Shown: positions 19,255 to 27,656 of the stretch, one piece after another
How the letters are laid out: the number at the start of each line of letters is the position of its first letter
How positions within the stretch are numbered: position 1 is the first letter of the stretch
Assembly: GCA_049322675.1 (NCBI GenBank)
Contig: JBMORM010000025.1
Coordinates: forward strand, 64,520 to 128,519
Reading direction: 5' to 3'
From: Patescibacteria group bacterium
GTDB lineage: Bacteria; Patescibacteriota; JAHJAL01
DNA length: 64,000 nucleotides
The notes under the pieces: model-generated
Seen by the model: only the letters and a program-made list of their open reading frames with translations
Told to the model about the DNA's origin: nothing
The model's database searches: none
Made by a program: the position numbers and the translations under genes

Positions 19255-20142
19255 ATGGATCAAAATATAAATGGAAAAAAGAATATTGGTAAAATAATTT
19301 TGATAGTATTTGTGGTTTTGGTGGTGTTTATTATTTTTATCGGTGTGATTTTTAAGATTTTGTATGGACAGCAAAGCAAGCCGGGAGATTTGAGCAATAA
19401 TCAAATCTCCAATGAGGCAGATTTGACGGGAAATGCTTCCTCGCAAAAAAATGAACCAATAGAGCCGGAAAGTCAGGAAAAAATTCAAAATAAATCTGGT
19501 TTGGTTAATACCGGTAGGTTAATTCAGATTAACAAGGGCAGTATGGCCGTTAAAGAAGAATCTAGCGGAAAAATGTCGGATGTTAAAGTGACTGATCGAA
19601 CGGTAATTTATCGTTGGAGTTTGGAGAATGGAAACTTGGAAATAGCAAAATCATCTGATGCCAAAGTGGGACAAAAAGTGGCTTTGAGCTATTTTGATGA
19701 GGACAAAGGAAATAATGAAGTGAGTGTGATGTCGATTTATCCGCCCTTTATGGTGACGGGAGTAGTGGAAAGTATTGATAGTGAAAAGATGATTGTAAAT
19801 GATACGGTTGAAGGAAAAAAATATACGGCAAATTTATTGAGTCCTAAAGTTTCCAAGTTTGATGATAGTGGTCAAAAGGTAACATCTTCTGTTGCGGAGA
19901 TTGCCAAAGGTGATAGGTTGATTGTTTATTCTGATTATGATGTGGAATATTCCAAATCAAATTTTGATGCCATATTGGTGGAGATAGTGGTAAAAAATAA
20001 TGCCAAATTGGTTGTGCCGGATAACGGTAATCAGCTTTCAAATCCGACTGATAGTAATATTCAACCGGTTGATGTTGCAACTCCGCCGCCGGTGGGTATC
20101 AATCCAAGTGGCACGTTGCCGGGTGTGCAGATTGGGGAGTAA
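19255..20142 (+). CDS. Membrane-anchored DUF5666-like protein, cassette 2 gene B
   Basis: GRLI, NNEVSV, PP, VYS and tail GINPSGTLPGVQIG match 13258-14109. Confidence 0.65.
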   Translation: MDQNINGKKNIGKIILIVFVVLVVFIIFIGVIFKILYGQQSKPGDLSNNQISNEADLTGNASSQKNEPIEPESQEKIQNKSGLVNTGRLIQINKGSMAVKEESSGKMSDVKVTDRTVIYRWSLENGNLEIAKSSDAKVGQKVALSYFDEDKGNNEVSVMSIYPPFMVTGVVESIDSEKMIVNDTVEGKKYTANLLSPKVSKFDDSGQKVTSSVAEIAKGDRLIVYSDYDVEYSKSNFDAILVEIVVKNNAKLVVPDNGNQLSNPTDSNIQPVDVATPPPVGINPSGTLPGVQIGE

Positions 20143-20168
20143 ATATTTTCTAAATAAAGGGAAATTTT

Positions 20169-20801
20169 GTGAAGAAAAAAGGAAAGACAAGAGTGGTGTC
20201 ATTTTGGTGGGTTGTTTTGATTGTTCTCGCCTTGTTTTTGTTTGTTTTGTCGTCAATTTTTATAAAAAATAATTACTCTAAAAATCCCGAGGTTGCACAA
20301 AAAGAAAAAAGTTATTACGGGTATTTTCAAATGTTGGATGGTGAAGAATTGAGTTTTAGAGATGTTTTAAAAAATACTGATGAAAAAATAATACTTGGGG
20401 AAGATGTAACTTTTGAGTTGATGGATGCTTATTCGAAAGATCGTTCTTTTATTTCTAGGGCTGATTTAAAAGAAAATAAATTATATACAGTTTTTTGTCA
20501 TATTTCTGGGGACAAGAATGAGGCATTTAATGTTGTGGAGATTCCTTCGGTGAGTATTATTGGTAGAGTAAAGGAAATTTCTGAGAATATGATTAAAGTT
20601 ATTTACAACGGTGAAATTTATGAAGTGAAGTATGATGAAAAAACGATAAAGCAGCAATATGATGGTAAAAAATATAGTGATTATGTTGGAGATTATAGTG
20701 AATATCCAATGGTTGTAGTAACTTCGGACAATATGGCGTTATACGATGATACATCAATTAACGTAGCCCATATTGATGTGGTTCCTTTTGAGTCATTTTA
20801 G
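20169..20801 (+). CDS. Membrane-anchored DUF5666-like protein
   Basis: Basic N-terminus plus TM helix; IIGRVKEISENMIKV...YDEKT. Confidence 0.6.
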   Translation: MKKKGKTRVVSFWWVVLIVLALFLFVLSSIFIKNNYSKNPEVAQKEKSYYGYFQMLDGEELSFRDVLKNTDEKIILGEDVTFELMDAYSKDRSFISRADLKENKLYTVFCHISGDKNEAFNVVEIPSVSIIGRVKEISENMIKVIYNGEIYEVKYDEKTIKQQYDGKKYSDYVGDYSEYPMVVVTSDNMALYDDTSINVAHIDVVPFESF

Positions 20802-20818
20802 CAAAAAGTAAAAATATT

Positions 20819-21520
20819 ATGAGAAAGATTTTTTATTGGTTTCTTTTGGTTGCGGTATTAATTTTACTAGGTGCGGGTTGGTATTATTATTCGGCCTTAT
20901 GGGAGGCGCAAAAGGGGATTGAGATTAAAGTGGAAGGCAGTAATGTGTCTAAGCCGGAAAATGATTCTGATTTGGCAAAGGAGGATGATTTGACTTCGGT
21001 GACGGGACAAGGAGAAGTAGTTTTGATTGATGAGAAAAATATAGTGATAAAAGATATTGATGGGCGTCAGCAATCATGGAAAATTGCCGAACGTCCGATG
21101 GTGCAAACTTTGAACATGAATAATTTAATATATGAAGATAGTTTGTTGGCTGATATTAAAGTGGGTTCCAATGTTTTTTTGGCGGGTCTGGGAAATGATA
21201 AAACGAGATATGCTCATTTATTTCAAATTGAATTTGGGAAAAGACTTGAAGGTAAGTTATTTTCGATTAGTGGTAAGAATTTTGTTATTGAAATAGATGG
21301 TGGGGAAAAGATAAAAGTGTTTTATGATGATAAAACACTTTTAAAAGAGATCAAAACAAACCAAGAAATAGTTGATAATTTTGAGTTGAATGTTGGAAAT
21401 TATCTTGTGCTATATTGCGACGTAATTGAGAATGGCAATTATAAAGCCAATGTAATATTCCAAAGATTGATTAAAGAAGATAATTTGCAAGTGATTAACA
21501 TTGAAAATAATAGTAAATAA
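20819..21520 (+). CDS. Membrane-anchored DUF5666-like protein
   Basis: TM helix; GEVVLIDEKNIVI, DIKVGSNV, LNVGNYL. Confidence 0.6.
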   Translation: MRKIFYWFLLVAVLILLGAGWYYYSALWEAQKGIEIKVEGSNVSKPENDSDLAKEDDLTSVTGQGEVVLIDEKNIVIKDIDGRQQSWKIAERPMVQTLNMNNLIYEDSLLADIKVGSNVFLAGLGNDKTRYAHLFQIEFGKRLEGKLFSISGKNFVIEIDGGEKIKVFYDDKTLLKEIKTNQEIVDNFELNVGNYLVLYCDVIENGNYKANVIFQRLIKEDNLQVINIENNSK

Positions 21521-21533
21521 AAATAGTCTATTT

Positions 21534-24458
21534 ATGAATTTCTATTTTAAGTTAATTTTAATTGTCGTATTGTTTTTTTTGAATGCAGAAAGAGTTGATG
21601 CTGGTTGCCCAGATTCGCCTTGTTATAATAGTTGGGGAAATGGCATGAATTTTGGTCCTGTTAGTTATTATTTTGACAATAGTTCTAAAGTTTTGACAAT
21701 GCATAATTGGGTTGGTTGTCTAACTTCTCGCAATGGTTGCACCTTGAATGGTGCAAGTGTTTATGTGTTTATCAGAGTTATGGGTAGGCAGTTGAGTCCG
21801 GGTTGGAATACTAAGTTATGGTCTAGTGGTGATATTTGGAGTGCAGCTGGTCATTCTTGGGGAGGGGTTAATCTTTACACGCCTTCGTCGATATATCCTG
21901 GCTCGCCAACAGCTTCAATTTCAGGAACTGTTATGAATGTAAGGGAAGGATCTGTTTCGGCTCAGTTTACCGATCTCAATGATGGGGAAACTTTTTTTGT
22001 CACCCCATCATATTTAGTTGGTGGTACAAATTGTAATTTTGGTTGTTTAGCAGATAACTCGTATTATACGTCTTTTACATATGTAAAACCAAATTATTAT
22101 CGTCCAATATTTTATCAGGATTGGCCGCCAAATGGTATTACAATGTGTTATAACGGTTTTGGGTTACAGGGGCATATAAGGGATTATGATTATCCTTCCA
22201 CGGGTGATTACGCTAAGATATATTCTACTGCTTATGGTTGGGCAGATGTTGCAAATTCTGGTAATTTGGGTGATTGGGGAACAGCGGCAATTGGTGGTCG
22301 AAATTGGCCGAGTGGGAATACTGGGTGGTATGGATATGCTTATGACAGGTATGGCGATGGACCTACTCCGGGGTATTATAACTTTAACATCAATCGTTCG
22401 CCTTCGATAAGTTCTACCAATGGACCTTCTTGCAATTATACTTATCCTCAACCGCAAAGTTTTTACTTTGCAATAAATCCAAATGATCCAGATGGAAATT
22501 ATTCTTCGATTAATGTGATTATTGATGGTGGAACATATGGAAATGGTTCTTGGATATATTTGAATCCGGGAAATCATAGTTGGTATGGTCGGGTATGTGA
22601 TAGTTGCGGTCAGTGCGCACAGACGTCAACTTGTAATTTTAGAGTTAATAGTATACCAACGGTGTCGGCGGGTTGGCCGTCTGCTGGTTGTAATACTGTA
22701 ACTTTGAGTGCAACGGCATATCATGATTTTTCTCCCGGTGATCAGGCTTGGATCAGGTTTGATTATTGGGGAGGAAGAAGTGGATCAGCAACATATCAGA
22801 TAAGTTGGAATGGACAATCTTTTAGTTTGCCTTTGGGTGGAGTTCCTGGTAATAGTACGGTGTATTGGAGTGCCACCGTTTGGGATAGTAATGGAACATC
22901 AAATCGGGTGAATGGTCAAGCGGTGACTCCCAACTGTACCCCCAACCCACCATATGGTTTTAACCAAACTATCAATTGTGCCAATGCCACTTTGTACGCT
23001 AGCGGATCCGATCCGGATGGTGGTCAGCTATATATGACTTTTACTACCAATAATCCCTGGATGTCCAATCAGGTTAACATTTGGAGTGGACAACAAGCCA
23101 GTACGACTTTCAATTTGGGTTTTGATCGAGCCTTTTCCTGGATGGTTTCTGCCAGGGATCCATATGGCGCACAAAGAGATTCGGGATGGATGGGAACATA
23201 TCTGACTGACAGATCACCACAAGGAAAAGTTTCCGATGTGTTAACTTACAAAGCGGTAAATTACAATCCGTCATCAAATCCCAGATTTGTAATCGACGAT
23301 GCCGCTACCAGATTGCAACCAGTGACTGTAAATGATCATAGTTATGATCCTGATGGCAATAATCAAAATGTGCAAGCGACTTTCTGGTTGGAAATATATA
23401 ATGCCGGAACAGGATCTTGGCAATCTCTCGGTTCTTCTGCCTTGAGACCACCAACTAATATTGTCGGGGGGACGTATTATCATGATGTTCCATTCAACAA
23501 CCTCTACGCCGGTCAACACCGTTATCGCGCCCAAGATCGGGATGCTTGTGGAGCAGTGTCATCGGTTAGTTCATATTACAACTTTACGATTGCGCCACCG
23601 GCGGTTAAAAATATTACAGTAAACAGTGGTACGGCGGGTTGTCCGGCTTGCGGAAACAGAAATACCGCAATCGTGGTTGATTGGGATGATGTGCCATACA
23701 TTCAAAATGCTCAATCCAGTGGAATCGGAGGCGGATATTACGTAGAGTGGAGCAATGACGGTGGAGCAACATATCGGGCGGTAACCAAATCACTTCCCGA
23801 CGCAACCGCTGGTTGGACGAGTGATAGTCGAATTGTTTTAGTTACAGATGTTTTAAATCTTTACAATTTGCCTACTTCTACTGCCCGCAATATTCGTTAT
23901 CGCGTAGCTTCATACTCCAATGGGGTGTATTCCGACTGGTTGTATTCAAATGTGGTAACTTACAACTGTCCGATACCGGGTGGGTTGACTCTTTCTCCCA
24001 ATCCGGTAGATATGCGCGGTGACGAAGATTCACAACCGTTAACGGCGAGAATTCATTGCCGAGACTTTAATGGTGGAGTGGTAGGAGTATTAGGTGGAGA
24101 TATGATTAGTGCAGCTCAAGCCAATAGAATTTATTCGCCTGATACGACTCCGGTTTCCTTTGTTTGGAATCAAACTGATATCACTAATTTGAACAATTGT
24201 TCGACCGGAACACAGATCAATACTCCGCCAAATCCGGGAAATACCATTCATGCTGGTTCTAATACGACAGTTGATCCTTGTGAAGGCAAATTGGGCGCAA
24301 CTTTGACCAATTACGGTTGGCCGGAAATCGGCGCTTTGACCGGTGACACTTGGATATCTATCAACCCAAGAGCAACAGAAGAATTCAATTATTCCGGTGA
24401 AGTCATATCCAATCCACCACCGGGTTTTGAGAAATTGGATTTGCCCGGGATGCAGTAG
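21534..24458 (+). CDS. Large Cys/Trp/Gly-rich Ig/FN3-repeat adhesin-like protein, cassette 2
   Basis: Signal peptide (VDA-GC); DPDG units; C-terminal third closely similar to 15448-18429. Confidence 0.75.
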   Translation: MNFYFKLILIVVLFFLNAERVDAGCPDSPCYNSWGNGMNFGPVSYYFDNSSKVLTMHNWVGCLTSRNGCTLNGASVYVFIRVMGRQLSPGWNTKLWSSGDIWSAAGHSWGGVNLYTPSSIYPGSPTASISGTVMNVREGSVSAQFTDLNDGETFFVTPSYLVGGTNCNFGCLADNSYYTSFTYVKPNYYRPIFYQDWPPNGITMCYNGFGLQGHIRDYDYPSTGDYAKIYSTAYGWADVANSGNLGDWGTAAIGGRNWPSGNTGWYGYAYDRYGDGPTPGYYNFNINRSPSISSTNGPSCNYTYPQPQSFYFAINPNDPDGNYSSINVIIDGGTYGNGSWIYLNPGNHSWYGRVCDSCGQCAQTSTCNFRVNSIPTVSAGWPSAGCNTVTLSATAYHDFSPGDQAWIRFDYWGGRSGSATYQISWNGQSFSLPLGGVPGNSTVYWSATVWDSNGTSNRVNGQAVTPNCTPNPPYGFNQTINCANATLYASGSDPDGGQLYMTFTTNNPWMSNQVNIWSGQQASTTFNLGFDRAFSWMVSARDPYGAQRDSGWMGTYLTDRSPQGKVSDVLTYKAVNYNPSSNPRFVIDDAATRLQPVTVNDHSYDPDGNNQNVQATFWLEIYNAGTGSWQSLGSSALRPPTNIVGGTYYHDVPFNNLYAGQHRYRAQDRDACGAVSSVSSYYNFTIAPPAVKNITVNSGTAGCPACGNRNTAIVVDWDDVPYIQNAQSSGIGGGYYVEWSNDGGATYRAVTKSLPDATAGWTSDSRIVLVTDVLNLYNLPTSTARNIRYRVASYSNGVYSDWLYSNVVTYNCPIPGGLTLSPNPVDMRGDEDSQPLTARIHCRDFNGGVVGVLGGDMISAAQANRIYSPDTTPVSFVWNQTDITNLNNCSTGTQINTPPNPGNTIHAGSNTTVDPCEGKLGATLTNYGWPEIGALTGDTWISINPRATEEFNYSGEVISNPPPGFEKLDLPGMQ

Positions 24459-24487
24459 GGGAGGATGTTATTTTTTTGATATATATT

Positions 24488-24515
24488 GTAGGGGCGGTTC
24501 ATGAACCGCCCCTAC
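24488..24515. repeat. GTAG-type REP-like palindrome, possible terminator
   Basis: Perfect 28-nt palindrome gtaggggcggttcatgaaccgcccctac. Confidence 0.75.
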
Positions 24516-24526
24516 ATTTATGTACG

Positions 24527-24556
24527 TTGACAAATTTGGAGGTCATATGTTATACT
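24527..24556 (+). promoter_or_regulatory. Sigma70-type promoter of the pil operon
   Basis: TTGACA-18 nt-TATACT with extended -10 TG, 30 nt upstream of pilM. Confidence 0.65.
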
Positions 24557-24586
24557 GTATAGATTTGTAAAAATATAGAAAAAAAT

Positions 24587-25579
24587 ATGCCGGAAACAGA
24601 TACAAAAACAAAAAAAGAAAAACCAATTGGAATTGATTTAAGTACGACAAGTATCAAATTGGTTTCATTGGATGAAAATAATATTTTGGAAGAATATGGT
24701 ATTTTTGATTTGCCGGTGAGTGCCAACGATACTGATATTATTTTGGGATTGAAAGGTTTGTTGGCTAAAAATTTTAAAAGTAAAGATGTGGTAATGGGTT
24801 TACGTGGTTTGGATGTGTTGACAAAACTGATCAAGGTAAAATATGGAGAATATGATGAAGTTGAAAAGCAAGTGGAAGAAATTGTTAAAGATATTTTGCC
24901 GGTTGATCGAAATGAGGTTGAGGTTAGTTGGGAAGTGATTGGTCAAGAAAATGAGATGGTGAATTTGTTGTTGATTATCATTCCCAATTCGGTCATTGAA
25001 CGATATGAAAGATTGATTACAGGAGCAGGTTTAAATATTTTGGCGGCCGAGATAAATTCATTGGCGATCAAACGAGCACTTGATTATGATTCCAATCAGG
25101 AGATAAAGATGATTGTTGATATACACGCTGATGAGACAAATATCGAAATATACAATCAAAGTGTTTTGAGTTTGGATAAAACTATTTCGATTGGAGGGAT
25201 GCAGATAACGCGCAATATGTCCAAGAAAATGGCGATTTCTATTCCTGAAGCCGAAAAACAAAAACGAACGAATACGACTATATCTGAAAAGATTTTTAAT
25301 GAATCATATAAGCCAGTAGGTGACGATATTTTGGCGGAAGTGGGGCGGGTAATGTCGATGGCTAGATTGGATTATGGTATCAAGGTTGGTTATATCGGTT
25401 TGAGCGGTGGTGATTTTAATGCGATTGAGTTTAGAGAATATTTTATTGATAACTTGTCTGAGTTTGCCAAAACTGAATTGTCTATTCCAAAAGCAGTGGA
25501 GTCGAGTTTAAATATTGATAAAAATAGCGGTGATAGATTGAGATTAATCAATGCTGTTGGTTTGGCGATGAAATACTAA
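24587..25579 (+). CDS. pilM: Type IV pilus assembly protein PilM (actin-like)
   Basis: IGIDLSTTSIKLV, IVDIHADET, IGGMQIT, LSGG, NAVGLAMK. Confidence 0.88.
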   Translation: MPETDTKTKKEKPIGIDLSTTSIKLVSLDENNILEEYGIFDLPVSANDTDIILGLKGLLAKNFKSKDVVMGLRGLDVLTKLIKVKYGEYDEVEKQVEEIVKDILPVDRNEVEVSWEVIGQENEMVNLLLIIIPNSVIERYERLITGAGLNILAAEINSLAIKRALDYDSNQEIKMIVDIHADETNIEIYNQSVLSLDKTISIGGMQITRNMSKKMAISIPEAEKQKRTNTTISEKIFNESYKPVGDDILAEVGRVMSMARLDYGIKVGYIGLSGGDFNAIEFREYFIDNLSEFAKTELSIPKAVESSLNIDKNSGDRLRLINAVGLAMKY

Positions 25580-25583
25580 ATAA

Positions 25584-25646
25584 AATTTCCAATTTTCAGT
25601 TTCCGGTTTCCAATAGATATTTTGTTAGGATATTTGGGAAAAATTT
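25584..25646 (+). repeat. Heptamer element, truncated right arm
   Basis: aatttccaattttcagtttccggtttccaa plus core gatattttgttaggatatttggga. Confidence 0.65.
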
Positions 25647-25676
25647 AAATAAAATAAAAAATAATAATACATAAAA

Positions 25677-26339
25677 ATGGAACAAGGAAAAATTGTCTTA
25701 AATGAAAAACAGGGGAAAGAGTTGGATTTTTATCCTCCTTCGACAACCCCAGTAGTTGTTTATACAATCTTGTTGGTATTGATGGTTGCTCTTTTGGGCG
25801 GTGGTTTATATTATTTCAATTTTGATCAAACTAAAAAAATATCCGATTTGAAGTCCAAGGTGGAAATATTGGAAAATCAAATGGCCAAAGAAGATTCTGA
25901 TGGTAATTTGGTTAATCAATCTGAAAGATTGGCTAAGGCGGTAAAGAGTTACAATGCTTATAAACAAAATGATGTCAATTGGCAGTTGTTTTTGAGTCGT
26001 GTTAAGGATCAAACAATCAATGATATAACCTATACATCGTTTGCTATTGATCGGATAAAAAGCGATTTTCGGGTTGATGGAGTTGCTCCGAGTTATCGAG
26101 TGATTGCTGAGCAGATGAATATTTTTAGCAATGATCCAAATTATTCTAGTGTAAAATTGAAAACTGCGGTATTGCGTCCGGAAAGCGACAGTAGGAGCAG
26201 AGTGGCTTTCAACTTGGAACTAACACTAAAACCGGAAGCTTTTAGAAAACCAGAAGAAAAGAAAGACGTATTTGAATTGATTGGTGGTGAAAGCGATCAG
26301 ACAGTTGTTGGGGTAGAGGAAAGCGATTTGACAAAGTAA
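25677..26339 (+). CDS. pilN: PilN-like protein
   Basis: TM helix, coiled coil, ferredoxin-like domain (VDGVAPSY); lies between pilM and pilO. Confidence 0.7.
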   Translation: MEQGKIVLNEKQGKELDFYPPSTTPVVVYTILLVLMVALLGGGLYYFNFDQTKKISDLKSKVEILENQMAKEDSDGNLVNQSERLAKAVKSYNAYKQNDVNWQLFLSRVKDQTINDITYTSFAIDRIKSDFRVDGVAPSYRVIAEQMNIFSNDPNYSSVKLKTAVLRPESDSRSRVAFNLELTLKPEAFRKPEEKKDVFELIGGESDQTVVGVEESDLTK

Positions 26340-26348
26340 GAATACATT

Positions 26349-26449
26349 AAAATTTCCAGTTTCCAATTTCCAGTTTCCAAAAAATTTCCAATTTTCAAAC
26401 AAATTAAATAATATTTCGTTTGGAAATTGAGAATTGAAAATTGGAAATT
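26349..26449. repeat. Heptamer palindromic element, short core B
   Basis: caaacaaattaaataatatttcgtttgg between inverted arms. Confidence 0.8.
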
Positions 26450-26519
26450 AGTGATATTTTTGATTGTTAGTTAAGCATTCGAATCAAAAAAATATAAATT
26501 AAAAAAAGTAATAATTAAA

Positions 26520-27095
26520 ATGGAAAAACAAACAGCTTTTAAGCTTTATGAAAAAAAACAAATACCTTTATTGATCGGCGTGATGGGAACGTTGGTAGTG
26601 GCTTTGTTGATTTCCTATTGGATTATGCCGTTGTGGAGTAGTACCAGACAAGTATTGTTGGACTATGAAAAAACTGTTTCTTTGTTGGATGCCAAGGATA
26701 AAGAGTTGAATGCGATGCAACAATTCAAGATTTATCTTAAGAAGGATTTGGACAAAGTAAATCTTTTGAATGATATCTTGCCGAAAAAAGAAAATATGGA
26801 TGATGTATTGATTCAAGTTGAAAGACTGGCGATAGATAATACCTTGTTTGTAAAAAGTGTTACTGTGACTGATGCTGGCGCTGATAGTTTATCGACTGAG
26901 GTGTCGGGAGTAGAAAAGTCGAGTGTGATCATGCAGATCGAAGGAGAATTTCCTAATGTGCTCAATTTTATTGATAGTATTCAAAAGAGTACCAGATTGG
27001 TTTTGATCAATAAGATGGGAGTGGCGAGTAATATTTCCGCTGTTGATCAACCGGTGACGTTTACGATTGATATGGATGTGCTTTATCAGAAGTAG
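26520..27095 (+). CDS. pilO: Type IV pilus assembly protein PilO
   Basis: TM helix, coiled coil, ILPK, IEGEFPNVLNFIDSIQKSTRLV. Confidence 0.85.
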   Translation: MEKQTAFKLYEKKQIPLLIGVMGTLVVALLISYWIMPLWSSTRQVLLDYEKTVSLLDAKDKELNAMQQFKIYLKKDLDKVNLLNDILPKKENMDDVLIQVERLAIDNTLFVKSVTVTDAGADSLSTEVSGVEKSSVIMQIEGEFPNVLNFIDSIQKSTRLVLINKMGVASNISAVDQPVTFTIDMDVLYQK

Positions 27096-27107
27096 GGAAA
27101 GGAGAAA

Positions 27108-27228
27108 AATTTCCAATTTCCAATTTCCAAACATATTTTGTATGCGATATTTGGATAAAAAGACAGATTAATTTAGAAATTGGTCATTGGAAATTTATTG
27201 GAAATTGAAAATTGAAAATTGGGAATTA
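27108..27228 (+). repeat. Heptamer palindromic element, core A
   Basis: core aaacatattttgtatgcgatatttggata. Confidence 0.8.
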
Positions 27229-27259
27229 AAAATTTAAGAAATAAATTTTTGGAGTTTAT

Positions 27260-27511
27260 ATGAAAAATACGTGGATAACTGGAGGACTAGTATTATTTGT
27301 TTTGTTTTTGGCGGCGGTTGGGTCAACTTGGTATTTTTCGATTCCGTCACAGATTGAAAAACAAAGCGTGTTGGTATCTCCAAAATTATTGATTTCTAAA
27401 CCGGTTAATGACGAGATGGCCAAGGTATTAAAAGAAAGACAAAAATACGGTTCCTGGCCAATCAACGTCGAACCCGGTCGTTTGGGAAAAAATAATCCGT
27501 TTAGACAATAA
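27260..27511 (+). CDS. Small membrane protein at the PilP position
   Basis: N-terminal TM helix; C-terminal GKNNPF resembles the PilP R-x-PF motif. Confidence 0.6.
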   Translation: MKNTWITGGLVLFVLFLAAVGSTWYFSIPSQIEKQSVLVSPKLLISKPVNDEMAKVLKERQKYGSWPINVEPGRLGKNNPFRQ

Positions 27512-27522
27512 ATACAAAATAC

Positions 27523-27648
27523 AATTTTCAATTCTCAATTCTCAATTTTCAATTTTCAAATATATTTTGTATGTGATATTTGGATAAAGAGACAAAACAT
27601 TTGGAAATTGAATATTTTTTGGAAATTGGAAACTGAAAATTGGAAATT
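27523..27648 (+). repeat. Heptamer palindromic element, core A
   Basis: core aaatatattttgtatgtgatatttggata. Confidence 0.8.
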
Positions 27649-27656
27649 AAAAAAAT

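Noticed and set aside
8920-24458. Prophage or integrative element inserted at tRNA-Trp
   Set aside because: No integrase, phage genes or duplicated tRNA 3' end seen.
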